Assembly: GCA_963733675.1 (NCBI GenBank)
Contig: CAVTET010000003.1
Location: forward strand, 160,001 to 224,000
Direction of reading: 5' to 3'
Source: an uncultured Methanosarcinaceae archaeon
GTDB taxonomy: Archaea > Halobacteriota > Methanosarcinia > Methanosarcinales > Methanosarcinaceae
Length of the DNA stretch: 64,000 nt
The first letter of the stretch is position 1. Each line of letters opens with the position of its first letter. Positions 49,254 through 60,574 of this stretch are shown one piece after another. The translations under genes and the position numbers were made by a program. Under the pieces are notes generated by a model. It was given only the letters and a program-made list of their open reading frames with translations, was not told where the DNA came from and searched no databases.

Positions 49254-50447
49254 TTAGGAATATTTCCTTAAATTTGATTCTAATATTTGTATATTATATG
49301 AAACAAAAAACAGGAAAGGGAGAGCTATAAATATTATGACAATATCGTGCAAAATATAATTGTGTATGAAGTTTGTTCCGGAATTCCACAGAGCAAAAAA
49401 AGGCCTGTGGAATAGGTAGACACAATATGAAGAAGTAGCTATATATGTAAAGATAGAACTCAGCGTGCTTGAAAATTTATCATTTATAAATTTCATTGCA
49501 AACCTGTATTCAAAGATACAGAAGATTATTACAAAAATATTTAGAAGTAAAGTATCAAGGATGAATTGTAAAGTGGTGTAATTCAGATTTAATGAATTTG
49601 CCCAGCTATTCAACATCGATATGATCATTGAAGATCCTATTGTACCGCTGCCTACGGAGTTAATTGTAAAATAAACTTTTGGATCTAAAAACAAGAGTGT
49701 TCTTGACTCTAAAACAATAATCAATACAAATATAACCGGAAGAACTGCCAGTATGATCTGGATAACAGGTTTTTTCATGATGTCTATCTCGGATTTTTCA
49801 AATAAGCTCTCTTTACAGGTGAGGATACCAAACACAAATACTGAGAAAAACATAAAAAAACGGGGATCAATGATACTGAAAGTCTTTGAGAGTAATAAAA
49901 ACACTATAAATATGATAAATGAATTAAGTAAAATATATCTTGCATCTTTTGAAAACATAATAATGAAGGGATAAAGGGTGTAGAATGCGATAATTAGACC
50001 GATAAAATATAATGTTAACATCGGGGAAGCGTAAGCTGGAGCAAGAAAAATTTGTAATCCTAAAATATGTATCAAAATATTAAAATAACCAAATGCACTA
50101 TCTGCATGGGGAAATACAAAACCAGTATTTAGTTTTTGAGCAAATACCGAGAACACAACTATATAAGCTACGAGAGCTGCCCAGTAAAGAGGAAAAATTC
50201 TGAAAAGTCTTTTTTTATAGAAGGATAATAAACTTTGCAATGAATTTATAGAATGGTTGTTATAATATAACAAATATCCACTTATAAAAATAAATAGCCC
50301 TAAACCCATATTTGCGAAATAAGGATCAAAGGCATAAAGTCCTAGCTTACTGTAAATAGAAAATAAGAAGTTGCTCAAGTGAGCTGGAATAATCATAATT
50401 ATTGCTAAAGCCCTAAGAAAATCAAATGCAATTATTTTATTGTTCAT
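49254..50447 (-). CDS. Acyltransferase family 3 (membrane O-acyltransferase)
   Basis: FDFLRALAI, FIFISGYLL, FYKKRLFRIFPLY, SYCVYLFH; many TM segments. Confidence 0.9.
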   Translation of the reverse strand: MNNKIIAFDFLRALAIIMIIPAHLSNFLFSIYSKLGLYAFDPYFANMGLGLFIFISGYLLYYNNHSINSLQSLLSFYKKRLFRIFPLYWAALVAYIVVFSVFAQKLNTGFVFPHADSAFGYFNILIHILGLQIFLAPAYASPMLTLYFIGLIIAFYTLYPFIIMFSKDARYILLNSFIIFIVFLLLSKTFSIIDPRFFMFFSVFVFGILTCKESLFEKSEIDIMKKPVIQIILAVLPVIFVLIIVLESRTLLFLDPKVYFTINSVGSGTIGSSMIISMLNSWANSLNLNYTTLQFILDTLLLNIFVIIFCIFEYRFAMKFINDKFSSTLSSIFTYIATSSYCVYLFHRPFFALWNSGTNFIHNYILHDIVIIFIALPFLFFVSYNIQILESNLRKYS

Positions 50448-51149
50448 ACTTCCAATTCCCATAAGTAAAATTTTGAATAAATCTGAATAAACGACTTTAA
50501 TTGAACATTTATTAACGATCATTATCAAATTTTTTCATTGACAAAGACAATTTTGTCAAAAATTACCCAACATTGATACATATATTTGAATCATGCGATT
50601 TTATCATTTACTAATTTAGATAAATAATTGATTTGGTATCCAACTGACGTTAATAATATTATGCTTATAATTTTTCCTTACTTCTCAGGCTTTTTATTAT
50701 CGATAATTGTAGTATTATTATATTATCAACCATTCAGATAAAAGTCTACTTTCGTGACCAATTTATAAAGTTGATACTCATCTGACGGAGCGCAGGAGTT
50801 TAGCTAAATGCATTCTAATAAATCGAAGACTTCGATTTTTCTTCGCTAGGAATCTTTCCAAATCTTTATCACCGATTCTTTTAGGGTCCATCTTCTCTGG
50901 TTTTAAAGCTACCTTCCACTATTTTAAAACATTACTTATCCCCAGAGGATGTTCTTTTACTGCTTTTTTATTCTTAAGTTACTGAATTTTGATTTCGCTC
51001 AAAAGTAAGCTATATATCTGCAAATCACTTCGTTTTTTCAGATAACTTTACATACGAATCACGAAGTTATGAAGTTGTTATTCTGAAACGTTTGGTCAGC
51101 TAATTATCTCTATCAATTCTTTCCATGAAGTTTATATACAAAGTATGAC

Positions 51150-51430
51150 TTATTACTTTTCCTCTCACTCTCTGTCTCTAATTATCCTCATTTTACTTCA
51201 TTTTCTCGAGGTTTATCTTTTTTTGTATTGCACAGATCTGAATGTATAAAGTAGCGTCTGGAACCTTTTTTTTATTTTCAAACCAAGGTACTAAGTTGTC
51301 ACTACAACTATCCCACTATTTGTTTTCGTTGTAATCATTTGGAGTCATTGATATTTTTATTTATGGATGACCAGACTGTGATATTTTCGGGTATGTACTC
51401 AAGAAAACCAAGAAATTTTCGAAAAAAAAA
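51150..51430 (-). mobile_element. IS5-family fragment
   Basis: Aligns with 7835-8065 (ttctcgagg, tctgaatg.ataaa.gtagcgtc, ttcaaaccaaggtact). Confidence 0.65.
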
Positions 51431-52461
51431 TACAGATTAAATGGGGAAACTGGAAAAGAAAATAGAGGGGAAAATATTTTTTTACATTTTTTGGGACAAA
51501 TTTTTCAACTTTCAGAATGTGATCTATATGTTACTCCCAGCAAACGGAGCTATCCTTCAAATCTAATAATATACTCTTGTGACCCATTTATGAGAAAGTG
51601 TTCCAAGACTTCTGTTTCTAGTTTTTTTATTCTTCAAAACAATTGTGCTTTATTACCTTTCTAGCTGTCAAAAAAAGTTATTTTTGCACAGATATAAATT
51701 TGCGGATATGACAGCTGTCTGTTATACCTGGTTATAGGCGGGTTCACAAACTATTCTTGGATATAGAGCCGATATCCCTACATTACTACTTCAGAGGAAA
51801 CTGCCTTTTATGTAGTAACTGCTGTTTCTAGAGAGTAGTTAAATGTGGCCACTGAGCTGGAGATATTCTGAATATAACTTGTCACTCATTTCAGTTTTGT
51901 GTCATCAAAGGATTTTTCCTACATCATTATCCTGTTTGCCTAAGACTTGATATTGATTTTTGTAGAATCAACACTTGTTTTTATTTATCGTTTGCAATAA
52001 GTTCAGACCTCTGATTAAATAAAAAATAAAAAAGTTATGCTTTCCGAAAGTTTTGGAGAAAATCAGCTAGAAGATAGAACATCTCATAATTTTTTTCTCA
52101 AATACGCAAAATCCATTTTTGAGGAATTCAGAGACACAATGTTTCCATCATTTTTTTTCAAGTACGACTTCCTTTTTATCATGGTTGTGAAATTTAATAC
52201 TATGGGTTTGCCTTTATTTATCTGTGATAGTAACTTTTCTTCAGCTATTATTTAAAGAAGATTTGAAATACTAATAAGATTATATTTGCATTGTTGTTCG
52301 AGTACCGTAATTTCTTTATCCATTGGGGCTTCACCAGGATCGAGGTACAGGCTAACAAAGGGCTTTGTATCGGTGGCGAAATTTCTAGTTGTACTACTGC
52401 TGTAAATATGATTTCAAGTTGCAGAAATGCCAGATAGAACCAAATAGCTTCTTAAATTCTA

Positions 52462-52553
52462 TAGATAATTTAGATAAGCCCCAAATTTTGTTATATGCTT
52501 ATAAATATTGATAAATGCCTCGTGAAAATAAGATGTTTAGTCGAAATACTCTA
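52462..52553 (+). repeat. MITE family A copy 5
   Basis: tagataatttagataag...atatgcttataaa...ctcgtgaaaataagatgtttagtcgaaatactcta. Confidence 0.8.
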
Positions 52554-52685
52554 TGGAAAAATTAGCAACTTTTTTATTGAAAAAAATACTTATTTGCATA
52601 TTCCAATGACATGAGGAGAATAGCATATGCCAAAAAACATGTGCTACTTTTTAGTTCATAATATTTGTTTGAAAGAATAAAAAAA

Positions 52686-52842
52686 GGAAAAGATTATATA
52701 GATAGCAGTGAGTTATCATTTTCCTATCAGGCAAGAATCCATAAAATTATGATAATGTGGCAATCAACAAGCCTGAGAATATTCGGTATTGAAATGAGAC
52801 TCTTAGTACCTTGAATATTCCAGTTAAAAAGAAGGGACAATT
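52686..52842 (+). promoter_or_regulatory. Putative BRE/TATA promoter and structured 5' leader of glnA
   Basis: ggaaaagATTATATA; stems tcaggc/gcctga and gaatattc-ggta/tacc-tt-gaatattc. Confidence 0.5.
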
Positions 52843-54363
52843 ATGAAACCATCAAATGTAGAACTGAATCCGAACAAACTGGTACAGTACCTCAACAAAC
52901 CAGCAAGCGAATTCACCAAAGAAGACATTATGAAATTTATCAAGGAAAACGGCATTAAGATGCTGACTTTTCGTTATGTTGGTGGGGATGGGAGGCTTAA
53001 ATCCCTAGCTTTCGTTATAAGAGACGAAGAACATCTTGACAACTTACTTTCCGCCGGAGAGAGGGTAGATGGATCGAGTATTTTTACATATATTGAGGCG
53101 TCCTCAAGCGACCTTTATGTCCTCCCTAAATATAGAACTGCCTTTGTAAATCCTTTTGAAGAAATTCCTACCCTGGACATTCTCTGTTCATACTTCGACA
53201 AGGATGGTACCCCCCTAAAAAGCGCTTCTGAAACAGTCATGAAGAAGGCTGCCCATACTCTGACTCAGAAGACAGGCTACGAACTTCAGTTAATGGGAGA
53301 ACTTGAATACTACATCATTGCCAATAAAGATGAAGTCAACATGAGTTTCCCAGCGGTTGACCAGAGGGGCTACCACGAATGTAATCCTTTCACCAAATTC
53401 GACCAGCTCAGGAAGGAAGCAATGATGTACATCTCCGAAGCTGGAGGGAAAATCAAGTATGGACACTCTGAAGTCGGGAACTTCTCTGACGACAAATACT
53501 ACTACGAGCAGAATGAAATCGAATTCGAAACAGATACCTTAGAAAACAGTGCCGACAGGCTTCTTATTGCGAAATGGATGCTCAGGATGCTTGCCGATCA
53601 ATACGGAGTAGTTGTCAGTTTTGCACCGAAGATAACTGTAGGAAAAGCAGGAAGCGGGCTGCATATCCATATGAAGCTTCTGAAAGACGGTAAGAGTGTC
53701 ATGGTCGAGAATGGAGATGTTAGCGACGTTGCGAAGAATGCAATGGTCGGTCTTCTTGACGTTTCAGCTGGCATAACCGCTTTTGGAAACAAGATTCCCA
53801 CTTCCTATTTGCGTCTTGTTCCACATCAGGAAGCTCCTACTAACATCTGTTGGGGAGACAGAAATCGTTCTGCCTTAATCCGTGTACCCCTTGGCTGGTT
53901 CTCCGAAGAGTCCAGCAAGATGGTAACTCTCGCCAATCCGATTTATAATGAGGAGCTCAAGAGCCACAGTTACAAGTCGACCTTCGAATATCGTGCTTCA
54001 GACAGCACAGCTGATCTCTATCTACTTTTTGCAGCTTTTGCTGTAGGTGTTCGCCATGGATTTGAGATTAACAACGCCTTGGAACTAGCAGCTAAGCTTT
54101 ATATCGACGTGAACATCTTTAATGATGAACATAAGGATAGGCTTGCACAGCTTGAACACCTTCCTGCTTCCTGTTACGAGTCCGCTCAGGCGCTGAAGAA
54201 ACAGAAGAATATTTTCACGCAGTACGATGTTTTCACCGAAGGTATGATCAACGACATTGTGAAGGGACTTGAGGCCTTTGATGACTACCAGCTCAGCGAG
54301 AGGCTTTACGGCAAGAACGAAGAAATCAAAAAACTTGTGGACGGTTATATCCACATTGGCTGA
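52843..54363 (+). CDS. glnA: Glutamine synthetase (GlnA2-like, 506 aa)
   Basis: VDGSS, GELEYY, GHSEVG, QNEIEF, GSGLHIH, HQEAP, NRSALIRVP, FEYR. Confidence 0.92.
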   Translation: MKPSNVELNPNKLVQYLNKPASEFTKEDIMKFIKENGIKMLTFRYVGGDGRLKSLAFVIRDEEHLDNLLSAGERVDGSSIFTYIEASSSDLYVLPKYRTAFVNPFEEIPTLDILCSYFDKDGTPLKSASETVMKKAAHTLTQKTGYELQLMGELEYYIIANKDEVNMSFPAVDQRGYHECNPFTKFDQLRKEAMMYISEAGGKIKYGHSEVGNFSDDKYYYEQNEIEFETDTLENSADRLLIAKWMLRMLADQYGVVVSFAPKITVGKAGSGLHIHMKLLKDGKSVMVENGDVSDVAKNAMVGLLDVSAGITAFGNKIPTSYLRLVPHQEAPTNICWGDRNRSALIRVPLGWFSEESSKMVTLANPIYNEELKSHSYKSTFEYRASDSTADLYLLFAAFAVGVRHGFEINNALELAAKLYIDVNIFNDEHKDRLAQLEHLPASCYESAQALKKQKNIFTQYDVFTEGMINDIVKGLEAFDDYQLSERLYGKNEEIKKLVDGYIHIG

Positions 54364-54703
54364 TATTAGTTTCAGCACTATAAAAACATTTTTCTTTTTT
54401 TTAAGCTAGTAAAAACCGCAGAATCCTGCTCATTGGAAGTAAAGGGTTGCTACAAACATGTTTTCGTTAGGTTTTTTCGAGTAATGTGCCTCTTAATTCT
54501 CAAGCTTCTTATTCCTTTAGCTTATGTTTTCCTGGAAATAGATTCTTTCTGAGTTTACTTTTCCTTTGAGTTTTAACCTTTCAGGGCGATCTCCTCTTGG
54601 CTTCTTCAACCTTAGACTCAAGGATACGATTCTGGGTTGATTTTATCTAGCTTAACGAAATTTATAGGGAGATTGAAATGACAAACACTCGGATTGATCA
54701 AAA

Positions 54704-55630
54704 ATGAGCGATAACAGCAATCCAGACGAACTTGGTAACCAGGAAGAAAACCTTAATGAAAAACCAGTTCCAAAAATAACGATAATCTGCTCTGCCCTTG
54801 ACCTTGCCAGTCAAAATATCAAAAACCACCTTTTAAATTTTAGGAAATGGGAGCATATTGAAATTCCAGAAAAATTTGAATTTTCTGCAGTCTGGGAATC
54901 TGCTGATGGAAAATTTAGGCTCGTGGAAATTGAAAAAATGCACGTTTTTCAGGATGGACTCGATGCGAAACTGGAAGCTGCAGAATTACCAGCTTCCCTC
55001 ATAATCTTCGCATCCAAGCACAGTAGCAAGGAGAAGATCAATTCCCTTACCGTGCATTGCACAGGAAATCCTTCCAACGAAGCAAGACTTGGAGGCCGGC
55101 CTAAAGAACTTGCAGTTCCTTCTCCTGCTGCAATGAAATCTATACTTCAGGAAATGAAACTTCTGGCAGAAAAAAAAGGCATGAATTACGATATTACCCT
55201 CGAAGTAACCCACCATGGTCCCACAGAACTCTCAGTTCCTTCTCTATATGCTGAAATTGGAAGTACTGAAAATGAATGGAAAGACATGGATGCAGGCGAT
55301 ATAGCTGCAAAAGCTATCCTTGCAGTTTCTCTTGAAAAAATACCAGTCGCCGTAGGTTTTGGAGGCGGACATTATGCCATACGACAGACGGGGATTTTGC
55401 TTGAAACCGCCATCTCCTTTGGGCATAATTTTCCCAAGTATCAGCTGAATTTCGTTGATGAAACTCTTATCATGCAAGCTGTTAAGAAATCGAATGCTGA
55501 TTTCGCTTATTTTGATCGAAAATCCATGAAGAGTGAAGACAGAAACAGAATTTCCGCAATTCTGAAAAAATTAGGCATTAGGGTTCTCAAAGAATCCGAA
55601 ATTCGGGAACAATATGGTAATGGAAGTTAG
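54704..55630 (+). CDS. dtdA: D-aminoacyl-tRNA deacylase (archaeal DTD2)
   Basis: DLASQNI, FASKHSS, LTVHCTGN, EVTHHGP, EIGSTE, GFGGGHYA. Confidence 0.92.
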   Translation: MSDNSNPDELGNQEENLNEKPVPKITIICSALDLASQNIKNHLLNFRKWEHIEIPEKFEFSAVWESADGKFRLVEIEKMHVFQDGLDAKLEAAELPASLIIFASKHSSKEKINSLTVHCTGNPSNEARLGGRPKELAVPSPAAMKSILQEMKLLAEKKGMNYDITLEVTHHGPTELSVPSLYAEIGSTENEWKDMDAGDIAAKAILAVSLEKIPVAVGFGGGHYAIRQTGILLETAISFGHNFPKYQLNFVDETLIMQAVKKSNADFAYFDRKSMKSEDRNRISAILKKLGIRVLKESEIREQYGNGS

Positions 55631-56350
55631 ATTCACCTGTAATCACTATATAAATCTATGAATTTATTCAGTAGAATGCAGATTACTCATTTCCATTTTC
55701 AGTAAATGAGTTAATAAGTATGGCATCAGCTATAGGCTTGAGTAGAGAATAATGAGGGTAGTTATTTGTTTATGGTCTCATAACAGCTTTTCAGATTGCA
55801 TTTGTAGGGGTTATGCCGATTTCAGTTTTGTTATTGCAGCAATCGTCATGATTCTCTGTTACTTGTTGAAGTGTATATAAGGGAATTATTTAAAATCAAA
55901 ATTTTTACTTGCTGAGATGATTCTTTTTCTTCGCAGTTTCCCTGGTATTAAATATGGTTCTTTAATCACATAGGAAGTTTTACATTTACCTACATTTCCA
56001 ATGTAACCTCCCCCACTCTTTCCATACTGATACGATTTAATTGTGCTGAAAGTATTGACCTTAGAGAAAACCTGTAACTTATAATTCAGTTTTTTTTGAG
56101 TTTGTGTTGAAATTCAAACTAAAAATTAGTTCTTCTGAATGGCTGCCTTGTAAGTTAAAATATTGTTTTTTGATGATTTTTGATAAATATTATAAGTTTA
56201 ACAATTAAATATAATATAAAGAATATGCTGATAAATTTATAAATATAATATTTCATTCGAAAAGTTTACTTTTCAGGGTGAAGTAATATCCATTTGTATT
56301 TTTTAATTCTCTTTCGCATCAATATATAAATCCATATCAAGAGGTTGAAA

Positions 56351-57538
56351 ATGAGGAAAAAAAGATATGATAAAGCAAATAAAGGGTATATTCTCCGAAT
56401 GGTTTTTGAAATAACTTTGCTAGCATTTTTAATTCTTATGAGTGTCGCAGGCGCGGCACTATTAGCAGATATTTCAAACTCCACCAGCAACAATGTCTCT
56501 AATTCAAACAACTCTGATGAAGCAATAAAAACACTTGACAAAGCACTTGAAATTAATCCACAGGATTCAAATGCTTGGATGTATAAAGGAAATGTCCTTT
56601 CTGATCTAAATAAATCCGATGAAGCAATAAAAGCCTATGACAAAGCGATTGGAATCAAACCGCAGAATTCAGAAGCTTGGAATAATAAAGGAAAGGCTTT
56701 AAATAAATTAAATTTAACAGTTGAAGCAATAAAAGCATATGACGAAGCAATTGAAATTAATCCTCAGGATTCAATAGCTTGGTACAATAAAGGAAATGCC
56801 CTAAATAAATTAAATGCAACAGATGAAGCAATAAAAGCATATGATAAGGCAATTGAAATTAATCCGCAGGATTCAATAGCTTGGTACAACAAAGGGCTTG
56901 CTCTATATAAGTTAAATAGATATGATGGAGCACTACAAGCATATGACAAAGCAATTGAAATTGACCCGCATAATGAGTTTGCTTGGAACAATAAAGGAAA
57001 CACTCTAATTTATCTAAATAAATCTAATGAAGCAATAAAAGCATACGATAAAGCGATTGAAATTAACCCACATAATTCAGATGCTTTGAAAGGCAAAGGA
57101 CTTGTTCTATATAATTTGAATAAATTCAATGAAGCAATAAAGCCAACATACATAACAGATGCGGCAGTACACACGAAAACTAAGGCAAAAACTGAAATTG
57201 CTGAGTCAGTAAGCACAAATGCAAAAGCCAAAAATGAAACTATTGAATCAGTAAGCTTACCCATAAATCCGAATTGGGGATTAAAGGATAAACAGCATTA
57301 TTTAAATGGGTACCGTGAAGGATATACTGTTGGAGCTATAAATGGATATAATCGTGGATTTGATCTAGGAGTTAAAGGCTTGAAATATACCGGAGTAAGC
57401 CGCATAAATTTTGCACCAAAAAGCACTACTTCCCAAGATATCGGATACGCTGGTGGATATAATACAGGATACGATATGAAGTTCATTTCAGGATACAATG
57501 CAGGATACAATATTTACAAGCAGCAACATTTGAAATAA
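56351..57538 (+). CDS. Exported TPR protein with C-terminal YxxGY repeat region
   Basis: N-terminal hydrophobic helix, about 6 TPRs (EAIKAYDKAIEINP...AWxNKG), tail YLNGYREGYTVG...GYNTGYD...GYNAGY. Confidence 0.9.
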   Translation: MRKKRYDKANKGYILRMVFEITLLAFLILMSVAGAALLADISNSTSNNVSNSNNSDEAIKTLDKALEINPQDSNAWMYKGNVLSDLNKSDEAIKAYDKAIGIKPQNSEAWNNKGKALNKLNLTVEAIKAYDEAIEINPQDSIAWYNKGNALNKLNATDEAIKAYDKAIEINPQDSIAWYNKGLALYKLNRYDGALQAYDKAIEIDPHNEFAWNNKGNTLIYLNKSNEAIKAYDKAIEINPHNSDALKGKGLVLYNLNKFNEAIKPTYITDAAVHTKTKAKTEIAESVSTNAKAKNETIESVSLPINPNWGLKDKQHYLNGYREGYTVGAINGYNRGFDLGVKGLKYTGVSRINFAPKSTTSQDIGYAGGYNTGYDMKFISGYNAGYNIYKQQHLK

Positions 57539-57564
57539 ATCCTCAATAATTATTCAGAAATAAA

Positions 57565-57833
57565 AATAATCCACAAGCAAATCTAGCAGTTTACAACGTC
57601 AGCTGCTCCATTAAAGCATTGTAGAGCTTTCAACCTTCTGCATTACATTTTTGATGTATTGAAGGAACTGAAAATAATCTCCAAATTTATATTTTTTCCC
57701 TTGACCATACAAAGTGGAAGGTTTGATAAGTAATTCATGCAGATGCTGCTTCTAAAGTACACGGCAGTCCAAATACAACATTCTCACCGATCCGCTGTTG
57801 TATCTCATAGGTTAATTTCGAAAGTCTTGCCAT
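57565..57833 (-). pseudogene. Decayed paralog of the 246-647 TerS-like gene
   Basis: MARLSKLTYEIQQRIGENVVFGL...ITYQTF...YFQFLQYI...AADVVNC. Confidence 0.75.
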
Positions 57834-58908
57834 GATAATCCAGTTTTTACTTATTTAAATTAATATAACTAATCTTATATTTAATGGATATTTAGTTTAA
57901 TTATTCGTAAAGTTGGAGTTTAAACTAGTTTAATCAAAAATGAACCGTTTTCAGAAGATTTTGAAACGTTTTCTTGAGTTGAATAGGGATCTAACCCTGG
58001 AATTATAAGAATTAATCAAAAAACATGCAGATTTAGAGCCGATTCAAAAAGTTTTGTAACCTAGTATAACTTTTCAATGCAAACTTGTAATGGATACTCG
58101 GATACTCTAGACCTATTCAACATTGCTTTTATAATTTATTTAAGTTAAAAATTATTTTAGCTTATCATTTAGACTCTTTGATCAACAGTTGAAAAGCTCC
58201 TGCTACTACAAGATATACTTAATGGGGGAGGTCAATGTGATATACTTTTTCTGAAGGACATCAAGTTCTGTATAGGTAGCGATTTTTTGAAAAAATGTAA
58301 TGTTAAGTTCTTTCCGTTGTAAAATTTGATATGATAACTTTTATGATTATCTTGTTTTGTACGGAAAATGCGAGTCGTATGTTATTGTTCTCAAATATTA
58401 CATAGACAATGACTGTTTCCATGGATTTGTTGGCCATAGTGATTTATTTAATGATTTTTTGCTAGTTATAGTCTTTTTATACTAATTAATATATTTAATC
58501 CGGTATTATTTGAGATTTATTTATCAATTTATGGCTAAACTTGGTATTTATGTGATAATTAATTTTAACGAAAACGGTAAATGAGTACTGTTTTGAAGAT
58601 CAATATAATTAATTTAAGCTTTGAATCCCGGGAAAAACGATATAATTACAAGAATTTTGGCTTATAGGGAACAAAAAGATTTGATGCGGAATTATTTTTT
58701 AATTAGAAATTATTTTTATGCAATTAATTTTAAATAAAACTGTCATTGGTATTATGAAAGATATTGCCAACAAGATGGTCAATGTAGTTTTTATTCTTCC
58801 AAAAAATTATATGGAGATAATTAGGTCTTATATCGTCGTGTCTACTACGAACAGACCTAAAAGAGTGAAAACTAAGCTGCATAATGGAGAAGGTAGTTAG
58901 TAGAATTA

Positions 58909-59007
58909 CTTGGAATGTGTTGATATTATTTTGAGTTAAATATACTTGCACCGATATATATTCAAAGTGACTGTCTTTGGGCTGAAAGTAGAAACAACTC
59001 TTCCAAG
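58909..59007. repeat. MITE family D copy
   Basis: cttggaatgtgttg...aatatacttgca...caactcttccaag; aligns with 10598-10670. Confidence 0.65.
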
Positions 59008-59023
59008 CTTTCATCCGGTTTTT

Positions 59024-59473
59024 TTAATGCGAGTGCTTTGGTGGTAATGTTACAGCTTTAAACCAAAAGTTTTCTATGGATCCAATTGCTTTCATGAATT
59101 CATCAAAGTAAATAGGTTTAACGATATAGGCATTGGCATGAAGATCATAAGCTCTGAGTATATCCTTTTCAGCGCTAGAAGTAGTAAAAATGATTACAGG
59201 TATGTTTTTAAGGTTACTGTTTTCTTTTATTTCTTTAAGAACTTCATGTCCATCTTTTTTTGGTAAATTCAAATCCAAAATAATTATATTTGGAAGTGTA
59301 GAACCTAAAAACTTGTCCTTACCGTATAAAAAACGGATTGCTTCTTCTCCGTCTTCTGCAATATGAAGATTAGTTATAACTTTTGCATCACTGAAGAATT
59401 CTGTTATTAATCCAATGTCTCCTTTATTGTCTTCAACTAAAAGAATTTCCAAAGGCTTAGTTAATATATTCAT
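59024..59473 (-). CDS. Single-domain response regulator (Rcp1-like)
   Basis: ILLVEDN, ILDLNLPKKDG, FTTS, ANAYIVKP. Confidence 0.92.
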   Translation of the reverse strand: MNILTKPLEILLVEDNKGDIGLITEFFSDAKVITNLHIAEDGEEAIRFLYGKDKFLGSTLPNIIILDLNLPKKDGHEVLKEIKENSNLKNIPVIIFTTSSAEKDILRAYDLHANAYIVKPIYFDEFMKAIGSIENFWFKAVTLPPKHSH

Positions 59474-59838
59474 TTTTAAAACCTTCATAAACAGAATTAG
59501 TTTTGCGTGGATCAATAATTATATATTAGGAATATCCTAAATCAAAACTTTTGGATCATTACTTGTTACAGACTTTTTATTTGATATACTTAAATATATC
59601 GATTTTTATCCTCAGAAAATTATCTAAAAACTTTTAATGCTACTCGAATATATACAAAAATCAGTTAGACACAAGATCTCACAAAAGTCGAACTAAAATG
59701 GAAAAGCTACTAAACATAGAATTCAGTTCCAAATTTAGTGTTGATACTAAATTAAAAATAATTAAATTATGAATCCACACCTAGAATCTACATCTATGTA
59801 CATCTGCAGAATACTGTTTAAAGCATAATTGGAGATTT

Positions 59839-60574
59839 ATGACTACTTCAGATCATCGAGGCGCTGATGAACCAAAAATTCTGGTCCAGGAACGGATAGC
59901 TGAACTGGAAAGAGCTAATCAGGCATTACGCACCAAAAATGAGATGATGAAACTCAAGGATAAACTCGAAGCCGAAATAACGCTTAGAAATAATCGTGTT
60001 CTTGAAGGAATCAACCGGATCTTCAGCATTGTAGTACAGGACAAAACAGAAGAAGAATTGGGAAATTTGTGTCTATCGGTAGCCTTAGAAGTGACAGGCA
60101 GCCAACTTGGTTTCGTCAATCTAGTTAGTGATGAAGAATTATTACACGATATTGCAATCAGCGAGATGAGATGGGAACAGTGCCTAATGTATGATAAGAC
60201 TGGGCATCGCCGTCCCACGGGAAATTTTGTCGTTCATGGATTGTACGGAAGTGTCATAAACAGCGAGAAAAGTTTATTTACTAACGATCCGCCGTCACAT
60301 CCCGACAGCATGGGCTTGCTGCGTGGTCATCCATTGCTCACTTCATTTCTTGGCGTGCTCCTTGTATTGGATGGGAAAACAATGAGGATGCTAGGGGTCG
60401 CAAATCGTGAAGGTGGCTATAGTTCCGAGCAGCTGGCGGGTCTTGAAGCTATTGCACCAGCGATTGTGCAGGCTCTTCAGAGTAAAAAGTCGGAAGATGA
60501 TCTTCGTGAAGCTTACGAGAATCTCAAGTTGCACTCTGAGGAGTTGCAGATTCGGTCAGAGGAACTACGGAAGA
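59839..60574 (+). pseudogene. GAF-domain sensor N-terminus truncated by IS6
   Basis: Coiled coil plus GAF (TGSQLGFV, TNDPPSHP, TSFLGV, VANREGGY); frame runs into the TIR at 60575. Confidence 0.85.

Noticed and set aside
51480-52400. Possible IS701/IS4-like and other coding relics
   Set aside because: Only a few residues of resemblance (FDDTKL, FVSLYLD); not supportable without a search
52686-52724. GGAAAA...TTTTCC as an NrpR operator
   Set aside because: Spacing is far longer than the GGAA-N6-TTCC consensus
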